64,000 nucleotides of DNA from Thermoplasmata archaeon (GTDB taxonomy: Archaea; Thermoplasmatota; Thermoplasmata; Lutacidiplasmatales; UBA184), in NCBI GenBank assembly GCA_021821785.1, contig JAKACD010000001.1, positions 39,964 through 103,963 of the forward strand, in the 5' to 3' direction. Both the position numbers and the translations under genes were made by a program. The notes under the pieces were generated by a model. That model saw only the letters and a program-made list of their open reading frames with translations. It had not been told where the DNA came from and did no database searches. This document shows, in pieces, positions 29,153-39,078 of the stretch (position 1 is the first letter of the stretch; every line of letters begins with the position of its first letter).

Positions 29153-30157
29153 CTAGCTCGCCTCGTCGACCCGCCGTTGGACCCGAAGCGCCGAGAGGGT
29201 GATCCATTTGCTAGGCTGGCCCACCGGCTCCAAGGACCACGGCTTGAACTCCTTCCCTCCGTAGTCCTTCTTCAGTTCCGCGCCCACATCGGGATGGACT
29301 TTGTCCAGGGCCCAGGTCCCGTCCGAGCGGCGCTTGTCCGCGAGGATCTTGAGCGCGGGTCGGAGACGTCGGTCGTCGGAATATCCCAGGCGGGTCACCG
29401 TGTCCAGTCCGACCAGGACGTCGTAAAAGTAGTGGGTGGGGTAATGGAAGCGGAACCACGGCTCGTAGCGTGTGCCTTCGCGGAAGAGGTTGCGATCCAG
29501 GTAGAACTCGACCCCCCTCTCGATCGCGGACTCCATCGCCCGCGACCGCTTCGGCTTCGGCAGGGCGGAGAACGCGGCGAGCGCCTGCCAGCAATCGAGC
29601 GTACCGGGTTGGTCGGGGGCGCAGTTCCATCCCCCGTTCTCCCGCTGGTCCTCGATCATCCAGGCGTAGAGCTTCTGCACGCGACGATCGTCCTCGTAGC
29701 CGAAGTGAGCCAGCATGCGAGCGAGGTTCCCGACCGCGCACACCTCCTCGGTGAAGAAGTTGAACGGCGAGCTGAGCCGGAGCTTGTAGTCGAAGAACAG
29801 TTCGGCCGTCTTCCGGATGCGCGGCTCGCGAGCGGTGAGCCCCAGGTCGGCGAGGACCATGGCGGGCCACATCGTTGAGCCAAACTGTGGGAACTGGAGG
29901 AAGCGGGTCCATCCCCGAATGTCGGTCGGTTCGCGGGGTTCCCAGTAGCCTTTCGGCTTCTGGCGGCTCAAAAGCTGCGCCGCCCAGCCGTCGCGGGGGA
30001 TCCGGGACCGGGCCTTTCGGACCTCGGGATCGTTCTCCTTTCGCCCGAGCAGGTCGACCAGGGTGAAGTACTGAACCGAGGGCTGATCGCTCTCGAGCAG
30101 CCAGCGAATGACCCCGTGCTCCGACGCGTGGTTCGCGCGTGCACCCAGTCGGGCCAT
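29153..30157 (-). CDS. prenyltransferase/squalene-cyclase-repeat alpha-alpha barrel protein
   Basis: QW-like repeats LLSRQKPKGYW, MIEDQRENGGW, KRRSDGTW; C-terminal GQPSKWITL. Confidence 0.7.
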   Translation of the reverse strand: MARLGARANHASEHGVIRWLLESDQPSVQYFTLVDLLGRKENDPEVRKARSRIPRDGWAAQLLSRQKPKGYWEPREPTDIRGWTRFLQFPQFGSTMWPAMVLADLGLTAREPRIRKTAELFFDYKLRLSSPFNFFTEEVCAVGNLARMLAHFGYEDDRRVQKLYAWMIEDQRENGGWNCAPDQPGTLDCWQALAAFSALPKPKRSRAMESAIERGVEFYLDRNLFREGTRYEPWFRFHYPTHYFYDVLVGLDTVTRLGYSDDRRLRPALKILADKRRSDGTWALDKVHPDVGAELKKDYGGKEFKPWSLEPVGQPSKWITLSALRVQRRVDEAS

Positions 30158-30479
30158 TTCGCTCGGTGCCGCCCCCGTCCTACGAGACCGGACAGCGGCG
30201 GTGGATAAGTCCCTGCCGCCCTCCCCTCTCTCGAGATACTCCGGTTAGGTGACCGGTCCTGGCCGGTGCGGCGGGTGCGAGACAGAGGGCTCATGATATC
30301 GGGTCTCGCCTCGTCGGAGCGACCGCGAGTGCGAGCGCGATCTTGCCCGTTTAGCGAGCTACGTCGAGAGTACCCTCCGCCCCACCTCGGGGCGGGGGCC
30401 CGGCCAGTATCGGGCCGAGCTCGGGCGCACTCTCGGGGAGCCGAGAGGTTATGGCGCTCTCGGTCGTCCGAGCGTTCTC

Positions 30480-31688
30480 GTGAGCGAGACCGGTTCTTTG
30501 CTGGTCGGCCTGGTCTGCCCGGCGTGCGGCACGGCCGTGGACCATCGCCAGCCGGTCGGTACCTGCCCGTCCTGCGGCGGCACGCTGTTCGCGGAGTATG
30601 ACCTGGACCGGCTCGACGGGAGGACCTGGCTGCGATCGCTCCGCGACCGCCCGGCAAGACTCTGGCGATACCGAGAGCTCCTGCCGGTCGGCCGGGCGGA
30701 CGCGATCGTCTCGCTGGGGGAGGGCGGTTCGCCGATCTTCCCACTCGGCGCCATACCCGAGGCACCCGACCTCACGGTCGTAGTGAAGGACGATGGCGGG
30801 CTACCTACGGGGTCGTTCAAAGCCCGGGGCATGACCGCCGCGGTCTCGCGAGCGAAGGAGCTCGGGCTGCGAGAGCTCTACGTGCCGAGCGCCGGGAACG
30901 CCGGGGTCGCGCTGGCCGCGTATGGTGCCCGGGCGGGGATGCGAGTACGGATCTACCTCCCCGAGCGCACCCCGGCGCCTCAGCGCAACGCCTGTTCCTC
31001 GTACGGCGCCGAGGTGCGGTCAGTTCCGGGCACCATCCGCGAGGCGGGGGAGACCGCCCGCACGACCGAAAAGGGCCGGGGCTCCTTCGATGTCTCGACG
31101 CTCCGCGAGCCGTTCCGGGTCGAGGGCAAGAAGACGATGGGCCTCGAGATCTTCGAGGCGGGCGGGAACGACGGCCTCCCGGACGCGATCCTCTACCCCG
31201 CCGGGGGAGGCACCGGTCTCATCGGCATGGAAAAGGCGTTCTCCGAGCTCGCGCGGATCGGTCTTCTGCACCGGATCCCCCGGCTCTACGCGGTCCAGCC
31301 GGACGGCTGCGCGCCGGTCGTGCGCGCGCTCGCGGAGGGAGCGGAGCGGGTCACGCCGTGGGCCGACCCGCATACCGTAGCGCCCGGATTGCTGGTGCCT
31401 TCGCCGTTCGCATCGGAGCGGATCCTCGCCGCGGTGCGCTCGACCAAGGGCGGCGGGGTCACGGTCACCGATGGCGAGATCGTCCACGCGATGCGGCAGC
31501 TCGCCGAGCGGCATGGGGTCTCGGCATCACCGGAGGCCGCCGCGCCGTACGCGGCCCTTGCCCGGCTTAGGGCGCGAGGGGATCTCCGACCGGGCGAGAC
31601 CGTACTCCTCTACCTCACGGGCACCGGGCTTCCGTTCTCGATCGAGGAGCTCGAGCGCGCGGTCGGGGTCACGGCCCCTCCCCGCTGA
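30480..31688 (+). CDS. thrC: threonine synthase family PLP enzyme
   Basis: N-terminal zinc ribbon, LWRYRELLP, LGEGGSP, PTGSFKARG, PSAGNAG, EGKKT. Confidence 0.82.
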   Translation: MSETGSLLVGLVCPACGTAVDHRQPVGTCPSCGGTLFAEYDLDRLDGRTWLRSLRDRPARLWRYRELLPVGRADAIVSLGEGGSPIFPLGAIPEAPDLTVVVKDDGGLPTGSFKARGMTAAVSRAKELGLRELYVPSAGNAGVALAAYGARAGMRVRIYLPERTPAPQRNACSSYGAEVRSVPGTIREAGETARTTEKGRGSFDVSTLREPFRVEGKKTMGLEIFEAGGNDGLPDAILYPAGGGTGLIGMEKAFSELARIGLLHRIPRLYAVQPDGCAPVVRALAEGAERVTPWADPHTVAPGLLVPSPFASERILAAVRSTKGGGVTVTDGEIVHAMRQLAERHGVSASPEAAAPYAALARLRARGDLRPGETVLLYLTGTGLPFSIEELERAVGVTAPPR

Positions 31689-32163
31689 GACGCTCCGCGC
31701 CGCCCCTTGCGTTGGCCCCGGAACCACGGTCGTGCCCCGCGGCGGAAGGGCGCGACGTCCGCAGAAACCCGCGCGTCTTCGCCCGATGGCAGGGTCGGCA
31801 GACCGTCTGAAGGTTCGAGTACTCGAGGGCCGCCCCCCCGAGCGCGATCTCGACGATGTGGTCGACATCGAGCTCCCGCGCGCGCCGCCGCTGTCCGCAG
31901 AGGCGGCAGGTGTACCGATCCCGGAGCATGACGTAGGACCGGGCCGAGTCCCAGAAGTAGTGGCCGTGGAACCTCCACTGACATCGTCGGGAGCAGTACG
32001 GGGTGCGGTGGCTGGGCAGCCCCTTCCCGCATTCCACGCACCGGGCCTCCCGGCGCGCCTCGGCTCGCCGGCGCGCCCCATCCGAGAACCAGGCGGCCGA
32101 CAGGGCGAGGATCCGACCGCCGGGTCCGATCTGGACCGAAGCCGACGCGGGACGGCGCGCCAT
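31669..32163 (-). CDS. stand-alone HNH endonuclease with additional zinc finger
   Basis: CVEC..YCSRRC; RDRYTCRLCG..DVDHIVEIALGG..SNLQTVCRPCH. Confidence 0.82.
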   Translation of the reverse strand: MARRPASASVQIGPGGRILALSAAWFSDGARRRAEARREARCVECGKGLPSHRTPYCSRRCQWRFHGHYFWDSARSYVMLRDRYTCRLCGQRRRARELDVDHIVEIALGGAALEYSNLQTVCRPCHRAKTRGFLRTSRPSAAGHDRGSGANARGGAERLSGEGP

Positions 32164-32239
32164 CGCCCAGCCGTGGGGGGCTCGGGGCTCTTGAGCGTTC
32201 GGCTCGACCGGCGGCCTAAGTAGTCAGGCGGTTCCTCCG

Positions 32240-33568
32240 ATGGCCCGGAGGAGCAGCGCTACGAACGTCCTGGCGGCCGGCCTGCTCGGCATCCTCGTCG
32301 GCGCGGTGATGGTCCGACAGATCTCTGGCCGGGGCCCGGCGGTCTGGGTGATCTTCCTGGCCGGCGCCTTCCTGATGGTGGTCCTCGAGATCCTGTCCGT
32401 TTCGGCGGCGGAGTCCGCGCTGGCGGGCGCCGCCCCCGTGATCTTGTTCCTGTTCTCGCTGTTCCTCTTCGCGGTCGCCCTCGAGCAGGCGGGGGTCCTC
32501 GACCATCTGGCACGCTGGTTGATCGGCCGCGCGCGACGGCCGGGTGACCTGCCGCTCGTCCTGTTCCTTGGGTTCGGTGTCGCGTCCGCGTTCCTGGTCA
32601 ACGACGCACTGGTCGTGATCGGCGTCCCCCTCCTCATTTCGCTCGCCCGCCGGCTCCGCACCGACCCGAAGCCGTTGCTGCTCACCCTCGCCTTCGCCGT
32701 GACGGTCGGCAGCGCCCTCACGCCGTTCGGCAATCCGCAGAATCTCCTGATCTCCGTCGCGAGCGGACTCACCTACCCGGTAGCGGTGTTCCTCCGCTAC
32801 CTGCTCCTCCCGATCGGGATCAGTCTCGGCTTCGGCGCCTGGTACGTTCGGCGGGCCTTCGGGCCGGCCGTCTCCTCGGGCGATGGCGAGTTCGAACGCG
32901 TCCGGGCGACCGCGCCCCGGCTCTTCCCTTCCGGGGGATGGCCCGAGCGGCTCCTGCGCGCCCCGGTGCTGTGGGTCTTCCCCGGCACGATGATCGTGAT
33001 CCTCACGCTCGACCTCGCGGCCGCGCTGACCGCGGGCCCGGTCGTACCGATCTGGGAGCTCGCGGGCGCGGGGGCGATCGTCCTCCTGGTCGTGACCCCG
33101 CACCGCACGCAGGTCGTCGAGCGGGTCAACTGGACGGTCCTCTTGCTGTTCGCGGGTCTCTTCGTGGTGGTGGGCGGGGCGGTCTCGGGGGGCGTCGTGC
33201 AGGCCGCGGAGCGACTGCTCCCACTTCCTACGCCGTCTCACCCGGCCTCGGCGATCGTGGCGATCGTGAGCGGGGCAATCCTGGGACCCCAGGTCGTGAG
33301 CAATGTCCCGTGGGTCGCCCTCCAGATCCCGTTCCTTTCCGCGCTCGGGTTCGGTGCCACGACGCCCGTGCCCTGGGTCGCCCTCGCCGCGGTGAGCACC
33401 CTCGCCGGGAACGTAACGCTCCTGGGTGCCGCGAGCAACCTGATCGTCGCGGAGCTCGCCGAGAAGGAGCGGATCCCCTTCCGGCTCGGCCCCTTCGTGC
33501 GGTACGGGCTTCCCCTCGCGGCCGTTTCGATCCTGGTCGTTACGTTGAGCCTGCTTGTCGGGCTGTAG
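32240..33568 (+). CDS. ArsB/NhaD (SLC13/CitMHS) family permease
   Basis: SAFLVND, GSALTPFGNPQNL, VVSNVP, STLAGNVTLLGAASNLIV. Confidence 0.85.
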   Translation: MARRSSATNVLAAGLLGILVGAVMVRQISGRGPAVWVIFLAGAFLMVVLEILSVSAAESALAGAAPVILFLFSLFLFAVALEQAGVLDHLARWLIGRARRPGDLPLVLFLGFGVASAFLVNDALVVIGVPLLISLARRLRTDPKPLLLTLAFAVTVGSALTPFGNPQNLLISVASGLTYPVAVFLRYLLLPIGISLGFGAWYVRRAFGPAVSSGDGEFERVRATAPRLFPSGGWPERLLRAPVLWVFPGTMIVILTLDLAAALTAGPVVPIWELAGAGAIVLLVVTPHRTQVVERVNWTVLLLFAGLFVVVGGAVSGGVVQAAERLLPLPTPSHPASAIVAIVSGAILGPQVVSNVPWVALQIPFLSALGFGATTPVPWVALAAVSTLAGNVTLLGAASNLIVAELAEKERIPFRLGPFVRYGLPLAAVSILVVTLSLLVGL

Positions 33569-33620
33569 GGAACGCGGGGATCGGCCGCAGCCGCCTTACG
33601 AGGCGGCGACTACCCCTACC

Positions 33621-34676
33621 GTGCCTTCCGAGCTCGCGGACTGGATCGATTCGCACCACGATTGCCGCCACAATCTCGGGACCAGCGGGATGCTCGGCTC
33701 GATCGAGCCGCCCCGGCCGACGGCCCGCGAGGTGCGCGCGGCGGACCCCGAGGAGCTGCGCCGCGAGCTGGCCGACGACCTGGGCGTGGACCGACGGCGG
33801 CTGTTCCTCACCCACGGCGCGACCGAGGGGAACGCCGCGGTGCTCCAGTTCATCGCGCGGCGGGCGGCCTCCGGCCGGGTGCGGGGCTGCCGGGTCGCCT
33901 GGCCGGAATATCCCGACCTCGCGGACCTCGCCGCATGGGCGGGGCTCCCTCCCACCGACCGGCCTTTTCCTGCCGCGGTGGCAGTACTCACTCAACCCCG
34001 GAATCCCGAAGGGGACCTGTGGACGCGCCCTCGGATCGCCGAGTGGGCCGAGGGGGCGCGGGAGCTGCTCATCGATGAGACGTTTCGGGAGTTCGCGGGG
34101 GTCCCCTCTCTCGCAGGGTTCCTTCCCGAACGGCTCTGGCTCACCGGTACCTTCACGAAGTTCTACGCCGGAGACGACCTTCGGGTCGGCTTCGTGATCG
34201 CTCCCGAGACAGCCCGGGAGGCGTTCGCCCGGTATCACAGCCTCGCGCTGGACCGGCTCCCGAGCTACTCCGTCGCCGGGGCCCGGGCCGCCTTCCACGA
34301 TCGTCCCCGCCTCCGTCGCGAGGTCGAGGGGATCCTGACGGCGAACCGAGCCGCCTGGCACCGTGCGTTCCCCCACGCGGCAGTGCCGAGGGGTCCCGTC
34401 GCCTTTGACCGCTCGGTGGTGCCGGACGGCACCGTGGTCGCCGACCGCTGCCTCCGGGCCTCCGTCCTGGTCTGCCCGGGGCCCCTGTTCGGAGATCCCC
34501 GGGGCGTGCGGATCGGCCTCACGCGTCGGTCGTTCCCGGCGGACCTCGCGGCCTATCTGGCCGCTCGGGAGCCGTCGCGGGGGATCACTCCGAGCCGCTC
34601 CAGCCTGCGCTCGCGAGACCGAACGGCTCGACGGCGCCGCGCGGCGATCGGCCGAGAGCGAGCCGGGCGAGCGTGA
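33621..34676 (+). CDS. divergent class I/II PLP aminotransferase
   Basis: THGATEG, QPRNPEG, IDETF, TFTKFYAG..LRVG, PG.LFG..VRIG; start uncertain. Confidence 0.75.
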   Translation: MPSELADWIDSHHDCRHNLGTSGMLGSIEPPRPTAREVRAADPEELRRELADDLGVDRRRLFLTHGATEGNAAVLQFIARRAASGRVRGCRVAWPEYPDLADLAAWAGLPPTDRPFPAAVAVLTQPRNPEGDLWTRPRIAEWAEGARELLIDETFREFAGVPSLAGFLPERLWLTGTFTKFYAGDDLRVGFVIAPETAREAFARYHSLALDRLPSYSVAGARAAFHDRPRLRREVEGILTANRAAWHRAFPHAAVPRGPVAFDRSVVPDGTVVADRCLRASVLVCPGPLFGDPRGVRIGLTRRSFPADLAAYLAAREPSRGITPSRSSLRSRDRTARRRRAAIGRERAGRA

Positions 34677-34890
34677 CGTGGGGGACGGATTCGACGCGCG
34701 GCTCAGCGGGGCGGCCGGATCGCTCGCGGAGGAACGTTTCCGCGAACCGCACAGCGCGCGCGGGGTTCGTCTCGTGGACGAGCAGGAACCCGCGGGCGAG
34801 CTCGGTGAGAACGGCCCGGGCCGGGACCACCTCCCGGAGCTCCTCCTCCGCCGAATCCGAAGAGTCCTCCGGGTCGTCCCGCCGAGACAT
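34585..34890 (-). CDS. hypothetical small protein
   Basis: ATG 34890 with TTTTTAT about 27 nt upstream; helical protein-like core AEEELREVVPARAVLTELARGFLLVHETNPARAVRFAETFLRE. Confidence 0.5.
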   Translation of the reverse strand: MSRRDDPEDSSDSAEEELREVVPARAVLTELARGFLLVHETNPARAVRFAETFLRERSGRPAEPRVESVPHVTLARLALGRSPRGAVEPFGLASAGWSGSE

Positions 34891-35017
34891 CTCGGTCGAA
34901 CGACCCGGGCGCTCGGCATAAAAGGAAACGTTGCACAGGACGGCGGCCGAAGGTATGGCCGGACCCACCGAGAAGATTTTACCTCCCTCGCGGCCATTCG
35001 GGGACGGTGACATTGCG

Positions 35018-36409
35018 ATGAGCGAGTCCGCCCCCTCCCGTGTGCCCTCCACCTCCGAACCGACCCCCCGGGCGTCGAAGCGGGGGATCCTGCTCAGGAC
35101 GCCGGTGCCAGGCCCCAAGGCTCAGGCGATCGTCGCCGCCGACCAGAACGCCCTCATGACCAGCACCAAGACCTCCCCGATCGTCGCGGAGTCGGGGAGC
35201 GGGGTCTGGATCACGGACGTCGACGGCAACCGGCTCCTCGACTTCGCTTCCGGGGTCGGGGTGACCGCGGTCGGGTACTCCCATCCCGAGGTCGTACGCG
35301 CGGTGCGAGAGCAGGTCGGCCGGCTGAGCCACTTCGCCGGGACCGACTTCTACTATCCGAACCAGGTCCATCTGGCCGAGCGGCTCGCCCACCTCGCCCC
35401 CGGCGCGATGGCGAAGAAGGTCTTCTACACCAACAGCGGGACGGAGAGCGCCGAAGCGGCGCTCAAGATCGCCCGCTGGAACCGCCAGCGCCCGATCGTC
35501 GTCGGTCTCCTCGGCGCGTTCCACGGCCGGACGATGGGCTCGTTGTCCCTGACCGCGTCGAAACCGGTCCAGCGGGCCCGCTACGCTCCGTTCGTCGGCG
35601 GCGGGACCCACATCCCGGCGCCGTACTGCTATCGCTGCCCGTACCAGATGGAGTTCCCGAGCTGCGGTCTCTACTGCGCCAAGATCCTGAAGGAGCTCTA
35701 CTTCCAGACGGCGATCCCCCCGGACGACGTGGCGGCGTTCATCGCCGAGCCGGTGATGGGGGAGGGAGGGTACGTGGTGCCCCCGCCGGGCTGGCACAAG
35801 GCGATCAAATCGATCCTGGACGAGCATGGGATCCTGTTCATCGACGACGAGGTCCAGGCCGGCATGGGGCGGACGGGACGCTGGTTCGCGATCGAGCACC
35901 ACGGGGTCGTGCCGGACATCGTCACCCTTGCGAAGGCGTTGGGCGGCGGCATCCCCATGGGCGCGATGATCTTCCGCCGCGACCTCGACTACACGACCCA
36001 GGGGTCCCACTCGAACACCTTCGGCGGGAACCTGGTCGCCGTCGCGGCCTCGGAGGCGACGCTGGACGTCATCGAGAAGGACAAGCTCCTCGACAACGCG
36101 CGGGTGCAGGGCGACTATCTCGTGGGACGGCTCCGCGAGCTCCAGAGCCAGCATTCGGAGATCGGGGATGTGCGCGGCCTCGGCCTGATGGTCGCCACCG
36201 AGTTCGTCGTCGACCGGCGGACGAAGGAACCGGCCGTGAAGTTCCGCGACCGGGTCCTCGTCGAGGCGTACCACCGGGGGCTCATCCTGCTCCCGTGCGG
36301 CCGCTCGTCGATCCGCTACATCCCGCCGCTCATCGTGCATCGCGAGGAGATCGACGAGGCGGTCGAGGTCCTCGACGCCTCGATCCGGGCCGCGCGCGTC
36401 GGGGCATGA
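35018..36409 (+). CDS. class III aminotransferase (4-aminobutyrate/acetylornithine-like)
   Basis: DVDGNRLLDF, NSGTESAE, AFHGRT, EPVMGEGG, DDEVQAGMGRTG, LAKALGGG. Confidence 0.9.
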   Translation: MSESAPSRVPSTSEPTPRASKRGILLRTPVPGPKAQAIVAADQNALMTSTKTSPIVAESGSGVWITDVDGNRLLDFASGVGVTAVGYSHPEVVRAVREQVGRLSHFAGTDFYYPNQVHLAERLAHLAPGAMAKKVFYTNSGTESAEAALKIARWNRQRPIVVGLLGAFHGRTMGSLSLTASKPVQRARYAPFVGGGTHIPAPYCYRCPYQMEFPSCGLYCAKILKELYFQTAIPPDDVAAFIAEPVMGEGGYVVPPPGWHKAIKSILDEHGILFIDDEVQAGMGRTGRWFAIEHHGVVPDIVTLAKALGGGIPMGAMIFRRDLDYTTQGSHSNTFGGNLVAVAASEATLDVIEKDKLLDNARVQGDYLVGRLRELQSQHSEIGDVRGLGLMVATEFVVDRRTKEPAVKFRDRVLVEAYHRGLILLPCGRSSIRYIPPLIVHREEIDEAVEVLDASIRAARVGA

Positions 36410-37455
36410 AGTTCGGCCGCTTGGAAGGAGCGGGGCAGGTCGGCCTCGCGGAGGCCCCCGAACCTGCGCCGGGGCCGGGCGAGGTGACGGTCGCGCTCGC
36501 GGGGTGCGGCATCTGCGGGACCGACCTCGAGAAGCTGCGCGGCAACTACCAGAGCGCGGGCATCCTGGGCCACGAGCCGGCCGGCCGGATCGCGCGGGTC
36601 GGCGGGGGCGTCCGGGGACTCGCGGTCGGCGACCGGGTCTTCGTGCACCACCATGTCCCGTGCTACTCCTGCGAGGTCTGCGCGCGGGGGGACTACACCT
36701 TCTGCCCGACGTACTCGAAGACGAACATCGATCCCGGCGGGTTCGCCGAGACCTTCCGAGTGCCGAGGGAGAACGTCGACCGCGGCGCCGTGCTGCGGCT
36801 CGACCCTTCGGTCGATTGGGCGACCGCGACGCTCCTCGAGCCCGCGGCCTGCGCCCTGACGGCCATACACCGGGTCGGTCTTCCCCCGAACGCCCGAGTG
36901 GTCGTGCTCGGGCTCGGCCCGGTCGGGCTGCTCTACGCCCGCCTGCTGCGGACGCTCGGGGCGGCCTGGATCGGCGGGACCGAGATCTCCCCGCTCCGTC
37001 GTGCGGCCGCGGAGCGAGGGGGGATCGATCGGACGGTCGATCCCCGCACCGAGGGGGCGGTCGAGGCAGCGGTGGCGGACTCCACCGGCGGTCAGGGCGC
37101 CGACCTGGTCGTGGTGGCTACGGGTCACCCGAGCGTCGTCCGCTCCGCGACGGAGATCGTCCGGCGCGGCGGCACGGTGAACCTCTTCGGCCTGCCGGAG
37201 GCGGGGAGCCGCCTGGACGCCGACCTCCAGCGCCTGTACCTGCGTGGGATCCGCCTCATCCCGTCGTACGCCACGACGGAACCCGACATCGCGGAGGTGC
37301 ACCGCCTGGTCGCGACCGGGGCCCTCGCCCTTTCGGACCTCGTCACGCACCACTTCCCGATCGGGGAGATCGGGGCGGCGTTTGGCCTCGCCGCGCGGCC
37401 GGCGGAGGCGATCAAGGTCGTCGTCACGGGCCCGGCGTTCTCGCCCGGCCGGTAG
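36406..37455 (+). CDS. zinc-dependent alcohol dehydrogenase (MDR family)
   Basis: CGICGTD, LGHE, CYSCEVC..C, GLGPVG. Confidence 0.88.
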   Translation: MKFGRLEGAGQVGLAEAPEPAPGPGEVTVALAGCGICGTDLEKLRGNYQSAGILGHEPAGRIARVGGGVRGLAVGDRVFVHHHVPCYSCEVCARGDYTFCPTYSKTNIDPGGFAETFRVPRENVDRGAVLRLDPSVDWATATLLEPAACALTAIHRVGLPPNARVVVLGLGPVGLLYARLLRTLGAAWIGGTEISPLRRAAAERGGIDRTVDPRTEGAVEAAVADSTGGQGADLVVVATGHPSVVRSATEIVRRGGTVNLFGLPEAGSRLDADLQRLYLRGIRLIPSYATTEPDIAEVHRLVATGALALSDLVTHHFPIGEIGAAFGLAARPAEAIKVVVTGPAFSPGR

Positions 37456-37477
37456 GGTCCGATCGACCGCGCCCGGC

Positions 37478-38452
37478 TCAGGCCTCGCCGTGCTCCCCCA
37501 GCACCTGGCCCGTGACCCGATGACCGGGATGCACGCGAGACCGAGGGCCGAGCAGGCTCCCGATCACGGTCGCGTCCCGATCGACCCGGGCCCCGTCCAT
37601 CAGGATGGAGTTCTCGACGTACGCGCCCGATTCGACGATCGCTCCCGGACCGACGGTCACGTACCGGCCGAACGAGGCGCCCCGAACCGTAGCGCCGGTC
37701 ATCACGGCCACGGGGCCCGAACCGAAGCAGCCGGTCGGCAGGGCCCCCTTCCCGCCCCGGCCCCCGTCGAACAAAAGCCGCTGCGATCGCAGCAGCCGTT
37801 CGGGGGTCCCGGCGTCGTCCCAGTACCCTGAGAGCCGGAGCCCGTACAGTCCGCGGTCGAGAAGTTGCGGGACGACCTCCTGCTCGAAGCTGACCGGCCG
37901 CCCCGGCGGGATGGCGTCCAGCACCTCCCTCCGGTAGACCGCCACGCCGGCGTTGATCCAGTGCGACGGGGCCCGCTCGGGCTCCGGCTTCTCCACGAAG
38001 CCGGTGATGCGGTCCGCTTCTCCGAGCGCCGCCACGCCGTACGGCCGGGTGTCCTCGACCTCGGCGAGGGTCATGACCCCGACGCCCCCGCGATCGGCCT
38101 GCCGACGGGCGAGGGCCGCCATGTCGATGTCGGCGATGACGTCCGAGTTGAGCAGGAAGAACGGGTCGGACATCCCGTCCGCGGCGTTCTTCATCCCCCC
38201 ACCGGTCCCGAGCGGCTGCGCCTCGGGGACCGTCCGCACCGGCCAGCGCAACGGATGCCCGCGGACGTAAGCGTCGACGATGTCGGACTTGTACCCCGTC
38301 GCGAGGACCACTTCCTCCACGTCCGGAGGGAGGAGGTCGAGGACGTGGTAGAGCATCGGCTTCCCGGCGATGGGGATGAGCTGCTTCGGAACAGTGTAGG
38401 TGACGGGGCGCAGTCGGGTACCGAACCCCCCGATGAGCACGAGCGCCTTCAT
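37478..38452 (-). CDS. NDP-sugar pyrophosphorylase (mannose/glucose-1-P nucleotidyltransferase)
   Basis: GGFGTRLRPVT..PKQL, PLGTGG, FVEKP, C-terminal left-handed beta-helix. Confidence 0.88.
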   Translation of the reverse strand: MKALVLIGGFGTRLRPVTYTVPKQLIPIAGKPMLYHVLDLLPPDVEEVVLATGYKSDIVDAYVRGHPLRWPVRTVPEAQPLGTGGGMKNAADGMSDPFFLLNSDVIADIDMAALARRQADRGGVGVMTLAEVEDTRPYGVAALGEADRITGFVEKPEPERAPSHWINAGVAVYRREVLDAIPPGRPVSFEQEVVPQLLDRGLYGLRLSGYWDDAGTPERLLRSQRLLFDGGRGGKGALPTGCFGSGPVAVMTGATVRGASFGRYVTVGPGAIVESGAYVENSILMDGARVDRDATVIGSLLGPRSRVHPGHRVTGQVLGEHGEA

Positions 38453-38580
38453 TCGGTCGGGGGGAGCGTCGGCGCCCATATCTCGCCTTGGGCCGTTCGG
38501 AAACGGGGGTCCCGTGGCCGAGCACTCGAATGCTTCCTTTCGCCCCAACCTCTATCAACCTGCCGCGGCTCCTCAGGCCG

Positions 38581-39048
38581 ATGGCGCTCGCATCGATCCT
38601 GGTCGCGTTTGATGGTACGGCCCCTTCCATCGCCGCGCGAGATGCAGCGGTCGAGCTCGCGGGGCACACGGGGGCGAAGCTGACGCTCGTCTGCGTCATC
38701 CCGGTGATCGCGGCGGCGTACGGGATCGAGATGCCGCCCGGCGCGTCCGTCGCGGAGACGATCGAGGCGGCGCGCACCATGCTGGCGAAGGAGAAGCTCG
38801 AACTCGGCCACCGGGGCATCGCGCACGTGGAGACCGCCCTCCTCGAGGGCGACCCGGTCGATCGCATCGTCGAGTACGCCGAGAAGCACCCGGCCGACCT
38901 GTTGGTCGTCGGGTCCCGAGGGCTCTCCGAGGCCGGCCGGTTCTTCCTCGGCAGCGTCTCGGACGGGATCCTGCACCATGCGCGCTGTTCGGTGCTGGTC
39001 GTCAAGACCGGTGCCCCTCGTGAGCCGCACGGGTCGCGCGCCCTCTGA
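38581..39048 (+). CDS. universal stress protein
   Basis: ILVAFDG, GDP, DLLVVGSRG..FLGSVS. Confidence 0.9.
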   Translation: MALASILVAFDGTAPSIAARDAAVELAGHTGAKLTLVCVIPVIAAAYGIEMPPGASVAETIEAARTMLAKEKLELGHRGIAHVETALLEGDPVDRIVEYAEKHPADLLVVGSRGLSEAGRFFLGSVSDGILHHARCSVLVVKTGAPREPHGSRAL

Positions 39049-39078
39049 TCCCGCGCGGGAGGCCAGCGCTCTGTCCGG

